Shown in pieces: positions 1 to 9,180 of a stretch of 64,000 nt of DNA. The number at the start of each line of letters is the position of its first letter. The first letter of the stretch is position 1. Under the pieces are notes generated by a model. The model was not told the origin of the DNA. It ran no database searches and worked only from the letters and a program-made list of their open reading frames with translations. Made by a program: the position numbers and the translations under genes. This stretch comes from a virus. Location: positions 5,180 to 69,179 of IMG/VR virus record IMGVR_UViG_3300036828_001020; one strand, given 5' to 3'.

Positions 1-155
1 GGGTTCTTAGTACCGCCATGCCGGTGATTCAGACCGCCTTTAGCCTCGACCGACCCCGCTAACAGCGCGATGAGCAGCCAAAGCCACATTTTAGCAGTTC
101 GGCACAGCCGTTGGGTTTATCGCGATAGCGATCAAAGCCACCGCAAGACCCGCTC

Positions 156-1190
156 TCATCGGGTGAACGCCTGGAGTTTGCCGCGTCCGGTACCGGTACA
201 TCCGGCCCCGGTGCACACGGCATAAAGCTCGGAATTGGCGGGGATTTGCGCGGTACCGCCAACCACCCCCAAATCCTGAAAAGAAATGCCCCCAGCCCCG
301 GCAGTTAGCGAATTGGCATTGCACGGCGCGTTGCTGAGTTTGGTCCCCGAGGTCGTGACACTCGCCGGCGCCACGGTGTTTGCCGCCACCCAAACATCGA
401 TCAACGCCGCAGCGTTCTCGATAACCGCAATGATGCAGTTGAGATTGTAGAGAGTGCGTGCCCGGATATTTCCGCCGATCGGCAACGGAGTGCTCGACAG
501 GTCAGTACTACTCGTCCAGGTCAGCGGAAGGGCGGCCAATGGCGGTAATGGCACATTGATCGCGTTGGCGCCGGTCGAGGTGATCGGCAGCAATGGCGTG
601 TCCGCCGGGATCGTGACCGAGGCGCCGGCAGTGCCGCCGTTGATCGCATCGGGCGAGGTTGGGGTCACGGTGGCGGTGACCCCAATCGTCGTCACCGTGA
701 TGCAGCCGCTACCCGGCAGACTCGCTACCAACGGGATCGTCAAAATCCGGCCGGCCGCGCTAAACATATAGCTCTGGCAGCTCGACCACTTGCCGACATC
801 GATCGTGTCGGTAATCGTGATCGGCGGTCCCGAGACGAGCGGAGACTGGTTGATAAAATTGGCGCCGTCATAGACCAGACACACCGTCGAGGGTCCGCGG
901 AGATCTCCCAGCCCGACGGCGAGCGTGCCGACCCCGGTGTTAAAGGCGATCGGCTTAGCCGCACCATTGTTGACCCGCAGGGTAGGTGCCGCCCCGCTCG
1001 TCGTGGCGATCACCCCGCACACGCCATGACCGGGCGACAGCGAGAACCCCGGTGCCGTCGCTGTGTAGGCGGTCGAGGTGCCGCCAAAGGTGGCGGCGAA
1101 GAGTGCGATATTTTCCGCCGACACGCCCTGGCCGCGCGCCGGCATAGCGGCCAGCAAGATCGCTGCGGTCAGCGACAGAAGTCTTTTCAT
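156..1190 (-). CDS. Tail-fibre-like protein with N-terminal signal peptide
   Basis: Likely start ATG 1190 (MKRLLSLTAAILLAAMPARG). GGTSTAYTAT..PTLRVNNGAAKPI..GDL..LVYDGANF resembles phage fibre/collar modules; lies in the late operon. Confidence 0.55.
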   Translation of the reverse strand: MKRLLSLTAAILLAAMPARGQGVSAENIALFAATFGGTSTAYTATAPGFSLSPGHGVCGVIATTSGAAPTLRVNNGAAKPIAFNTGVGTLAVGLGDLRGPSTVCLVYDGANFINQSPLVSGPPITITDTIDVGKWSSCQSYMFSAAGRILTIPLVASLPGSGCITVTTIGVTATVTPTSPDAINGGTAGASVTIPADTPLLPITSTGANAINVPLPPLAALPLTWTSSTDLSSTPLPIGGNIRARTLYNLNCIIAVIENAAALIDVWVAANTVAPASVTTSGTKLSNAPCNANSLTAGAGGISFQDLGVVGGTAQIPANSELYAVCTGAGCTGTGRGKLQAFTR

Positions 1191-1200
1191 GCTCGCGGTC

Positions 1201-1677
1201 CTAGACATAGCTGACCAGCGAATGCCGGGCGTAAAAATTGGCCAGCGTGGCGTCCAGCGCAGCGCCGCTCTGGTTAAAGGCCACGAGCGCCCAATAGCTC
1301 GGCATAAAGCCGAGGATCGAGTACACCGAGAACTCGGGGAAAATGTAATTGGTCGCGTTGGCGACAACCGGCAGTATCGGCTGCAATGGCGTCAGGCCGG
1401 CGAGCGCGAGCGACTGGTCGGTCGTGGCGTTGGGGTTGATGCCATTGGTCCAGTTGGTGCCGTCCTCGCTGCAAATCAGAAAAAACGACACCGTGCCCGA
1501 AGCGCTGACACCCGAGGCCCCCGACCGGATCGTGATCGGTGCGACATTGTCATCGTAATATTGCACAAGCGTCGTACCAACCGAACCCAAGCCTTTGGCC
1601 TGGGCGGTCGGCAAGGTCTGTAAATTGCTGACCAGCGGAAACGCCGCCAACGCGGCAACGCTCAGAGGATTGGCCAT
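1201..1677 (-). CDS. Putative virion structural protein
   Basis: 158 aa beta-rich ORF tightly packed in the tail operon. Confidence 0.6.
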   Translation of the reverse strand: MANPLSVAALAAFPLVSNLQTLPTAQAKGLGSVGTTLVQYYDDNVAPITIRSGASGVSASGTVSFFLICSEDGTNWTNGINPNATTDQSLALAGLTPLQPILPVVANATNYIFPEFSVYSILGFMPSYWALVAFNQSGAALDATLANFYARHSLVSYV

Positions 1678-1680
1678 TCT

Positions 1681-1989
1681 CTACCTCGATCCCCGCGTGT
1701 CGAAATGCTCGACGGTGAGCGCCTGGTCGTAAGCGAAGACCCCGCGGCGCCGCCCGGTGCTGTCGTAATGCTGCATCAGCAATTCCTTGATGCGCCCAAA
1801 GTATTCGTCAAACGCCCGGCCGGCGCCCTCGCGGCGCTCGTGGTCCTGGCGCAGCGCATTGATGATCAGATTGGCCGCGGCCCCGATGACGTGGGCGCGC
1901 TGATACCCCATCGCCTCGTGCGACAGCGCTTCGAACAAGGCCCGCTCGCCGTCGCCGACGAGCCGCGGGTCGACGAGCGGATCGCTCAT
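1681..1989 (-). CDS. Hypothetical protein
   Basis: ATG 1989 overlaps the stop of the upstream gene; helical 102 aa protein. Confidence 0.55.
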   Translation of the reverse strand: MSDPLVDPRLVGDGERALFEALSHEAMGYQRAHVIGAAANLIINALRQDHERREGAGRAFDEYFGRIKELLMQHYDSTGRRRGVFAYDQALTVEHFDTRGSR

Positions 1990-2414
1990 AACGTGAATAT
2001 TCCTGATGCGTTCCAGGTAATTGTTATGTTCCCGCCGTTTGGCGTGACTGGTAGACCGGTCACACCCGTGTCCTCGAACAGCACCAGCCGCCAATTGGTA
2101 TTGGCGAGCGAGTTGGACCGGTAAAGGATCAGCGCCACGATCGCCGGGCCGGTGGCGACCGCGTTGTAGGTTAAGAGGCCATTATTGGCGAAAGTGCCGT
2201 TGGTGATGGTGATCCCCGAGCCGCCGGTGATCCGCTGATCGGTCCCGGCCCGGCCGGTTATCGAGGTGTAAAACTGATGCGCCGCCGAATAGACATAGGT
2301 GGCGGTGACCAGCGCGCAAAACACCCCGTCAACCGTCGTGTCAGTGTCGAGATTGACGTTGGTGTCGGCATGCATCAGTGCCTGCTTCCACAAGGGATAC
2401 ACAGCGTTTGCCAT
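1986..2414 (-). CDS. Putative minor tail/virion protein
   Basis: MANAVYPLWKQAL..GLPVTPNGGNITITWNASGIFTL, a common phage virion protein pattern; AGGAG upstream. Confidence 0.7.
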   Translation of the reverse strand: MANAVYPLWKQALMHADTNVNLDTDTTVDGVFCALVTATYVYSAAHQFYTSITGRAGTDQRITGGSGITITNGTFANNGLLTYNAVATGPAIVALILYRSNSLANTNWRLVLFEDTGVTGLPVTPNGGNITITWNASGIFTL

Positions 2415-2431
2415 GGCTGGTAAAGACTCCT

Positions 2432-3667
2432 CTATTGGCTCAGGTTGAGGGCGATGTTGCTGGGGTTGCACGAGGCCGCGGCGTTAAACGGCACCACGAC
2501 GTCGGCGTTGCTTGGCGGGTTGGCCGCGAGCCCGATCCCGATATTGCGCACGACATAGGTCGCCGAGAGCCGGTCGAGCTGCATCTGGGTCAGGCCGGAA
2601 GCATTGATCGCCGCGTCGCCGGCGAGATCGGCGGCGGCATGGATCCAGCTGGCATAGACGTCCTGGCCGATCTCGAGGGTTGCGATAAACTCGGCGACCG
2701 CGGCGATGATCAATTGTCCGGTGGTGTCGAGATAGCCGAGCAATGGCTGGATGGTCAGCGCGACAAAGATCGGCTGCTCGATCAGGTAAAAGAAATCGAT
2801 CGTCAGCGGCACCCCGGCGGGATCCTGCACGACCACCTCGGTCGAGCCGTAAGTGCCGCACCCAGTATTCTTTTTGAGCGCGATCGTGGTGGCGATCGCG
2901 GTCGCGTCGCCGCCCTCGACAACCACCGCGATCGAGTGCGGCGGCACGACATCCACGTCATAAAAGTCGCTGTCGTTGTCATAGACCTTGATGCGCCCGA
3001 CCCCGGGCACATTGGCGACCGCGGCACGGATCGCCTCGAGCGGGGTGATCGCCGGCAAGCTGGTCGAGGCGGCTTGCCGCTTGCGCAGGGTGGCATCGCT
3101 CTCGAGCGGATTGCCGGGCTGGGCGGCCTGCGGGTTGCTGACACTCTGCCAGCCCGGCACCAGGGTGATCATCGTCGTCAGGCTGCCGGGGCCCGCGGTG
3201 ACCGCACCCGGAACCTCGCAAATGGCGGTGGCCGTGACCTCGCCCTCGACCGGGATCACCACTAGCGGCGGGAGATCCCAGTGGTTGCCAAAGCTGTCGG
3301 CGACGACCCCATTGCTGACCTGGGTCCCGGCCTGGCCGACCAAGACGACCGCGGCCGAGCTGTTCGACGGCACGAGCCGGCGCAGCCCGTTGATCTTGAC
3401 CTCGCTGGAGAGCCCGGCGCCCTGCGCGGTCGACGGCGCGTAGCTCAAATAGCCAGCGATCAGTGCGGCGTTCATGTCGTAGACGATCTGCGACTGCACC
3501 GCGATCCATTGGCCGTCCTGGCTGTCGGGGGCGAGGTCGACGTCGGAGCCGTAGATCTGCTGATAGGCCGCCTGCAGCGATAGAAAGATGTCCTCAAAGG
3601 TCGGTGCGGTGATGCCTGACGCGTCGATCGCCGCCGCCAGGGTCGGCAGCGGATAGGGGCCGGGCAT
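2432..3667 (-). CDS. Baseplate J-like wedge protein
   Basis: IYGSDVDLAPDSQDGQW, STAQGAGLS..VKINGLRR, ESDATLRKRQ and PHSIAVVVEGG motifs. Confidence 0.9.
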   Translation of the reverse strand: MPGPYPLPTLAAAIDASGITAPTFEDIFLSLQAAYQQIYGSDVDLAPDSQDGQWIAVQSQIVYDMNAALIAGYLSYAPSTAQGAGLSSEVKINGLRRLVPSNSSAAVVLVGQAGTQVSNGVVADSFGNHWDLPPLVVIPVEGEVTATAICEVPGAVTAGPGSLTTMITLVPGWQSVSNPQAAQPGNPLESDATLRKRQAASTSLPAITPLEAIRAAVANVPGVGRIKVYDNDSDFYDVDVVPPHSIAVVVEGGDATAIATTIALKKNTGCGTYGSTEVVVQDPAGVPLTIDFFYLIEQPIFVALTIQPLLGYLDTTGQLIIAAVAEFIATLEIGQDVYASWIHAAADLAGDAAINASGLTQMQLDRLSATYVVRNIGIGLAANPPSNADVVVPFNAAASCNPSNIALNLSQ

Positions 3668-3679
3668 GAGTGCCCCGTC

Positions 3680-4810
3680 TTAGGAGTAGACCCCGCCGGT
3701 CGTTGCATCGACGATTCCGGCGGTGTCGCCGGGCAACCAGGTCAATGCTTGCCCGTTGGTGTGAAGGAGGCTGCTGGTCTGCACGCGGAAACGCACGCCG
3801 GTCGCCGCCCCGGTCCAGGTCATCAGCGGGCCGAGGCCATCCCAGAATTGGCACATCGACTGCTGATGAGCATTGCAGAAGACATCGCTAAAATGCGGAG
3901 CATTGTTTATAGTCACGTTAAATAACGGAGAGTTCGTGGGGTTGTCGGCGCTTGTAACGGCGCCGACAAAGGTGGCATTTGCATTGGTGTCAAGGTGGCG
4001 TGCCGCCCCGCCGCTAATCGAATACGATCCAGCCAGGCGCAACTGCGAATGTAGGCTCGAGGTCATGTGATAGCCCAGACACGTGGCAAAATCGCAGTTG
4101 GCAATACGGATGCGGCCGAGATTGATGGTGGCGACAGCATGGCACGGCGCCCCGGTGAAAGGCGGCGTGATCCCGCTAAAGCGAACCCCCTGAATTTGCA
4201 TTTGCGTGTTGTTGCGGGCGAGCGCACAAGTGCCGTTCGCCAGGCTTGGCGTGATCACAACATTGCCAGGACTGGTCATGTTGCCCTGAAAAATCAGCTG
4301 TGCCGGAGAAGCCAACCCGAGGATCGTGCTCGACAGCAAAAAGCCGGGGTATTGTCCATCGGCCAGCTGCACGACCACGTTCTTGTTGTTGACGTCGGTA
4401 TTAAAGCACAGCACGTCGGCGGCATGCTGCGTGGTGAGCCACGCTGAGGTCGGGCTCTCGCCGTCAAAGCTGTCGCTGCCGGTGGTCCCGTTCACATAGA
4501 AAGTCGTGTTGGCATAGAGCACCTCGCGCGGCTGCAACGCGGTCAACGCGTCGTGCAATTTGCCGGTGAAACCGGCCAGATCGCCATCGTCGAGCACGTC
4601 GACCCCGAGCTCGTTGACGACGATCTGCGCCATCGCGGCCGAGATGAACGAGGCTTGCCGCCACACCTTGTTGAGCTTCTGGCTCTGCGCGATGCCGGCG
4701 CTAAACCCCGCCGAGGTCGACGGATCCGAGGCATAGGATGCCTGGTTCTCGACATTGGCGCCGGCCCCGGTGGCAAAAGGTAAGAAATCGTTGGTGGGAA
4801 TTGGCCTCAC
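3680..4810 (-). CDS. Tail fibre/spike with baseplate-anchor N-terminus and putative beta-helix C-terminus
   Basis: TNDFLPFATGAGANV..GFSAGIAQSQKLNKVWRQAS anchor; TFYVNGTTGSD..WLTTQHA..LADGQY beta-helix cap. Confidence 0.8.
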   Translation of the reverse strand: MRPIPTNDFLPFATGAGANVENQASYASDPSTSAGFSAGIAQSQKLNKVWRQASFISAAMAQIVVNELGVDVLDDGDLAGFTGKLHDALTALQPREVLYANTTFYVNGTTGSDSFDGESPTSAWLTTQHAADVLCFNTDVNNKNVVVQLADGQYPGFLLSSTILGLASPAQLIFQGNMTSPGNVVITPSLANGTCALARNNTQMQIQGVRFSGITPPFTGAPCHAVATINLGRIRIANCDFATCLGYHMTSSLHSQLRLAGSYSISGGAARHLDTNANATFVGAVTSADNPTNSPLFNVTINNAPHFSDVFCNAHQQSMCQFWDGLGPLMTWTGAATGVRFRVQTSSLLHTNGQALTWLPGDTAGIVDATTGGVYS

Positions 4811-4823
4811 TCCCCTAAAATGC

Positions 4824-4858
4824 GAACGGCACCAGCGTGATCAGCACTGGTGCCGTTC
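4824..4858. promoter_or_regulatory. 12-bp perfect inverted repeat in the HNH leader
   Basis: GAACGGCACCAG (4824-4835) and CTGGTGCCGTTC (4847-4858); TAAAAT at 4816-4821 just upstream. Confidence 0.45.
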
Positions 4859-4888
4859 TTGACACAGCCGACGACAGGACCGTCAGCG

Positions 4889-5713
4889 ATGCCCGAGTTG
4901 ATTGTATCCTTGGCAGAGGCGCGAGCCCGCGGGCTGACGCGCTACTTCACCGGCAAGCCGTGCAAGCACGGCCACATTGCCGAGCGACTCGTGTCAAACC
5001 GCCGCTGCAATGTGTGCGTGCAACTCGACAGAACGCAGTGGGGCAAAGACAACCCCGACAAACTGAGCCTTCGTGAGGCTCGCTATTACGTTGAACGGCT
5101 AGGATGTCGGGCAGTCAAGATCGCGAACGCGGCTCGCTGGGCTGAGGCGAACCCGGGAGCGCGGAGCGAAATCACGGCTCGCTACCGTTCGAACAACCCG
5201 GAGAAATGCGTTGCCGCCAGCAAACGCTCAGAAGCCAAGAAACCGGATTACTACCGTGGTTTGCACACCGCTCAGAAGGACTTCCGCCGCGCCCGCATGG
5301 CTAATTTGCCCTGGGCCGATCGGCAGGCAATTACGGCATTTTGGATCGCCTGCCCGCCCGGCATGACGGTGGATCACATCGTGCCGCTTGCCCCCAAGCG
5401 TGCGGCGTTAACCGCAGAAGGCTATCGGATCAGCGGACTGCACGTGGTGTGGAACCTCCAATATCTGCCACGCGCCGAGAACGTCCGCAAAGGGGCCCGC
5501 ATGCGCCCCGAGGATCAGGCGCTGTGTGAGTGGGGTGCGGTCAGTGCGCGCTGCGGTGCCGCTAGCGCTCGCGTGGCCGGCAGACCGGGTACCGTATTCA
5601 TCGGCAGGGTCGGCACCGGGAGTGCCGTTGTGAATGTCGCCCGGCCAAACGCAGTGTCGATCGTGCAGCCCACTACCCAACTACGATCGGTGGGGTTCCA
5701 CGCCGAGGCATAG
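4889..5713 (+). CDS. HNH homing endonuclease 1 (antisense to tail operon)
   Basis: RYFTGKPCKHGH..CNVC N-terminus; VDHIVPL..SGLHVVWNLQYL..EN..KG HNH motif. Confidence 0.88.
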   Translation: MPELIVSLAEARARGLTRYFTGKPCKHGHIAERLVSNRRCNVCVQLDRTQWGKDNPDKLSLREARYYVERLGCRAVKIANAARWAEANPGARSEITARYRSNNPEKCVAASKRSEAKKPDYYRGLHTAQKDFRRARMANLPWADRQAITAFWIACPPGMTVDHIVPLAPKRAALTAEGYRISGLHVVWNLQYLPRAENVRKGARMRPEDQALCEWGAVSARCGAASARVAGRPGTVFIGRVGTGSAVVNVARPNAVSIVQPTTQLRSVGFHAEA

Positions 5714-5982
5714 TTGAGGATGCGCAGCACAAAGGGGGTGCCACCGATGCGCGAGCGGATCGCTTGGTCAGGGGTGCCGGGACCGCGCGGCTTCCCGAGG
5801 ATCTGCTGCAGCCAGGGTGTGCCCGCGGCGAGATCGAGCCACCATTCGCCCTGCCACAGATTGAGCCGGGTCAAGACCGACTGCGCGACCGCTTCGGGGG
5901 TGTCGATGATAAAGTTTGCCCGGCCTTGGCCGAAGGTCATGTCGAGATCGGGCTGGCTGAGACGACGATAACGGAAGGTCAT
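5515..5982 (-). CDS. Baseplate wedge / sheath-initiator-like protein
   Basis: MTFGQGRANF..PEAVAQSVLTRLNLWQGEWWLDLAAGTPW motif; follows the spike gene. Confidence 0.8.
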   Translation of the reverse strand: MTFRYRRLSQPDLDMTFGQGRANFIIDTPEAVAQSVLTRLNLWQGEWWLDLAAGTPWLQQILGKPRGPGTPDQAIRSRIGGTPFVLRILNYASAWNPTDRSWVVGCTIDTAFGRATFTTALPVPTLPMNTVPGLPATRALAAPQRALTAPHSHSA

Positions 5983-6165
5983 CGGCGCACTCCTTTAGGT
6001 TGTGCGCTGTGTGCGAAACTTGCGCGTGAACGCAAACCGCCCGATCTGCAGTGCAAAAACGCCCCGAAAGCGATTTTCGAGGCCGGTTTTGCCGAAACGG
6101 AGCGGCAGAGACGGATTAGCGGGGCGATTTAGCCCCCTTGGGGCGCGGATTACCCTCGGTTTAGG

Positions 6166-7410
6166 TCACGTCGCCTCGCCCGTGTTGCTGAGGCCAGACC
6201 TGACCAGCTGATGGAGATGCTCGAGCAGGCTGACGGAGCCGCGCTTGCCGGCCACGGTAAACGCGCCGACGACACCCTCGGCCATCTTCAGCGTTCTCGA
6301 GATGTCGGTGCCGACGCCGGGGATCGCGCTCAACAGGCTGACCGCCGAATTGACGCCAACCGTTCCGCTGGCCAGCGCGAAAACAGATTGCCCGAGCGCC
6401 TGCCAATTCATCGACGCGCCGGTCAGGCTTAGCGCATTGGTGATAGTGCTCGCCACACCATTGAGATCAGTGATGCTGTGAAAATCCAGCCCCGTGATCT
6501 GTTGGAGCGCACCATTGATCGAGACCTGGAAGGATCCGTCGTGGATCGCGTTCCAGACACTCATCGCCTGTTCCGCGTCGGACAGCACGGCGCCCACCGC
6601 CGCGCCCGGAGTGCTCGGAAGCCCGCCCGCGCCAGACAGCGGCTGCGCCCCAGCCGAGGATGAGGACGGCACCCCGAACCCTGCGATGACATCGCCGCCC
6701 GCGGTGATCTCGCCGGTGACCTCGAGCATCGGGCTGTTGACGTGAACCTTGCCCGAGGCCTCGATATCGACCGTCGGACTGGTGATCGTGACTTTGTCAG
6801 ACGCCGAGACGTTGCAATCCTTGCAGGTGATGTTGACCTGGTTCGGAACGATGATGTTGACCGAGTCACCGGTCAGTTCGATGTAGCAATCGCCCTTGTC
6901 GGTGCGGATCTGCAACGTCCCGAGCGACACCTTGGCGGTCTGGTCGCTGCGCAAGTCGATCTCGAGCATCTGCCCGTTGGCTTGCGGATCGCCCCCGAGC
7001 TTGCGCGGCTTTGAGCGGATCCCCGGGATGTACATCGCGTCGGACAGGTTATGTCGGCGACCGTGCAGTTGTGGCTGCAGCCCGCCCTTGTCCCACCAGC
7101 CATCGATACAGCGCGCGCCAAAGACCGCGATCCCCTCGTCGCCTTTTTTGATTGGGTGGGTGATCGTAAAGCCGCCGCCCGAGCTGAACTGAATCGGCAC
7201 CTCGGTGCAGACCGGCGGCTCGATGTCGGTTTGCTTGCCTTGCTGGTCGGTTTGTTTGCCCTTGATGACCGGCTGAACTTTGACGATGTGGCCTTCCGCC
7301 GTGTCCTCGGTGACGATCACCGGGATCGCTGTCCACACCCGCGCCAAGCCGCGCTCGACCCCGGCGCGGATCACCTGGCCGAGATCGTCCCACCGCTCGC
7401 GCGAGTTCAG
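6166..7410 (-). CDS. Central baseplate spike (Gp138-like) with internal insertion
   Basis: VPIQFSSGGGFTITHPIKKGDEG..RCIDGWW..RRHNLSDA; C-terminal HxH apex (EHLH). Start is either CTG 7410 (GGAG SD, overlaps upstream stop) or GTG 7374. Confidence 0.85.
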   Translation of the reverse strand: MNSRERWDDLGQVIRAGVERGLARVWTAIPVIVTEDTAEGHIVKVQPVIKGKQTDQQGKQTDIEPPVCTEVPIQFSSGGGFTITHPIKKGDEGIAVFGARCIDGWWDKGGLQPQLHGRRHNLSDAMYIPGIRSKPRKLGGDPQANGQMLEIDLRSDQTAKVSLGTLQIRTDKGDCYIELTGDSVNIIVPNQVNITCKDCNVSASDKVTITSPTVDIEASGKVHVNSPMLEVTGEITAGGDVIAGFGVPSSSSAGAQPLSGAGGLPSTPGAAVGAVLSDAEQAMSVWNAIHDGSFQVSINGALQQITGLDFHSITDLNGVASTITNALSLTGASMNWQALGQSVFALASGTVGVNSAVSLLSAIPGVGTDISRTLKMAEGVVGAFTVAGKRGSVSLLEHLHQLVRSGLSNTGEAT

Positions 7411-8573
7411 GACGGGCTCCAGCCGCCGGCGCTCAGCGCTGCGTCAAATGGCTGATCGGGATTGATGTTGAGACAATTCAGCCGGGTGTACCAAGGCAAC
7501 CCCCGGGTGTCGCCCGCATGGTCGATCACCAGAATGCAGTAGACGCCGTCCTGCGCGGTCGAGGCGAGAAACGGCTGCAATTGCGCAAAGCCAAATTGGC
7601 CGGAGGCACCAGGGGCTTCGAAGATCTGGCCCTGCGGATTAGCCCCGCCCGGCAGAAAGGTTTGGTTCAAGGTGCGATTGTCGAGCTGCACCCGGCCTTT
7701 GACATAGACATTCGGGTTGAGCAGCGTGGTTACATAGATCCCGTCCTGGGTGACTTCGGGCACGCCGACCATGCCGGTGCCCGAGTTGATCACGACGATG
7801 TCGCCGCGCTTGTAAGCCGTCGAGGCCAGCAGCTGCAGCTGGCCGTCTTGCACCGACCAGGTGGCGCCGGCGGTGCGCGCATGCTCGTACATCTCGTCTG
7901 CATTGCTACCATACAGCACCGCGCCGCGCGGCAAGACGCCGCCTGGGAATTTGGCGATTTCGCCCTCGCCGAGACCCGCCTGGTGCTTCATCGCATCGAC
8001 CAGCGCTCGGGTGCGGTCGTCGGCGGTGTTCTGCGGCGGCAAGGTTTTGGCGATTGTCGAGTGATTGATCGCCAGATCGCCATCGGCGGCAAAAATGTCG
8101 AGATAGCTGTCGGTGGCGTTCTCGCGGCCGCGCTTGAACTGCTTGATCGTGCCTCGGAAGATGATGCCAAAGTGGCCGGTCTGATAGCCGGCCTCGAGGA
8201 TGACCTGGTCAAACTCCTGAATGACCGCCGCCGCGGTGGTGTTCGAGAGATTGTAGACCCGGATCTCGGCGGTGCCGGGTGTGCCGATATCGGCGTGGCG
8301 CACCTGGAACGTCATGCGAAAGTCGAACCCCGGGGTCTCGGTGGTGATGACCACGGCGTCACCTGACGGCGGGCCGGCCGTCGTGGCCGGTGCGGTCCCA
8401 AACGCCGAGCCCAGATTGGCGCTGCCGCCGGCGCTTGCCAGGGGTGCCCCCGAGCTCGTCAGCGTCAAGGTCCAGCGTCTTAAGTATTGATCATCGCCCT
8501 GGCCGAGCGTGCCGGTAATCGCGTTAGGATAGGTCGGCAGGCTGTAGCTAGGCTCTGAGACGTAGTCGACCAT
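7407..8573 (-). CDS. Baseplate hub protein
   Basis: AEIRVYNLS..LEAGY..IFRG.I..RGRENATD..WSVQDGQL..TGMVGVP..GDTRG.PWYT motifs. Confidence 0.85.
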   Translation of the reverse strand: MVDYVSEPSYSLPTYPNAITGTLGQGDDQYLRRWTLTLTSSGAPLASAGGSANLGSAFGTAPATTAGPPSGDAVVITTETPGFDFRMTFQVRHADIGTPGTAEIRVYNLSNTTAAAVIQEFDQVILEAGYQTGHFGIIFRGTIKQFKRGRENATDSYLDIFAADGDLAINHSTIAKTLPPQNTADDRTRALVDAMKHQAGLGEGEIAKFPGGVLPRGAVLYGSNADEMYEHARTAGATWSVQDGQLQLLASTAYKRGDIVVINSGTGMVGVPEVTQDGIYVTTLLNPNVYVKGRVQLDNRTLNQTFLPGGANPQGQIFEAPGASGQFGFAQLQPFLASTAQDGVYCILVIDHAGDTRGLPWYTRLNCLNINPDQPFDAALSAGGWSPS

Positions 8574-9180
8574 GCAGCACCCGATTGTTATCCGCGCAAA
8601 GGCAAAAGCGCTTGGGTTGAAGCGCTACTTCACCGGCAAGGCTTGCCTGCACGGTCACATCGCGCTGCGGCAGACAAGCAACGGCACCTGCGTCGTGTGC
8701 TCGGCCGAACGGTCGAAACCGCTGATTGCCATCTGGAAGATCGACAATCGGGATCACGTGCTGGCCCAAGCGAGCGCCCGCGCCAAGGAACGATATTGGG
8801 AAAACACCGAGGACAGCCGAACCTACGCCGCGCGCCAGCAGCGCAGATATCGGACCCTAAACCCTGACCGGGCGGCGGCAATGGTCAGGGAGGCGAAGAA
8901 GAAGAAACCGGGGCTCTACTTGTCCATTTTCCAGGCGCATCGTGCTGCCGAACAACTCCCGGCATGGTCAGACCGGGACGCAATTGCAGCAGTCTATCTG
9001 CGTTGCCCGCCGGGAATGGAGGTTGATCACATCGTGCCGCGCCGCGGTCGCACCGTCGAAAGCTATCGGATTAGCGGCTTGCACGTTTCGTGGAACCTCC
9101 AGTATTTGCCTAAACTAGCCAATACCCGGAAGGGAAACCGCATGCGCCCCGAAGATCAGGCGCTTTGCGAAACAAAATAG
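8572..9180 (+). CDS. HNH homing endonuclease 2 (antisense to tail operon)
   Basis: Paralogue of HNH1: RYFTGKACLHGH, VDHIVP, SGLHVSWNLQYL, RMRPEDQALCE. Confidence 0.9.
   Translation: MQHPIVIRAKAKALGLKRYFTGKACLHGHIALRQTSNGTCVVCSAERSKPLIAIWKIDNRDHVLAQASARAKERYWENTEDSRTYAARQQRRYRTLNPDRAAAMVREAKKKKPGLYLSIFQAHRAAEQLPAWSDRDAIAAVYLRCPPGMEVDHIVPRRGRTVESYRISGLHVSWNLQYLPKLANTRKGNRMRPEDQALCETK

Noticed and set aside
5983-6165. Structured RNA in the 180-bp gap between spike and wedge genes
   Set aside because: No convincing stems or recognisable motif.
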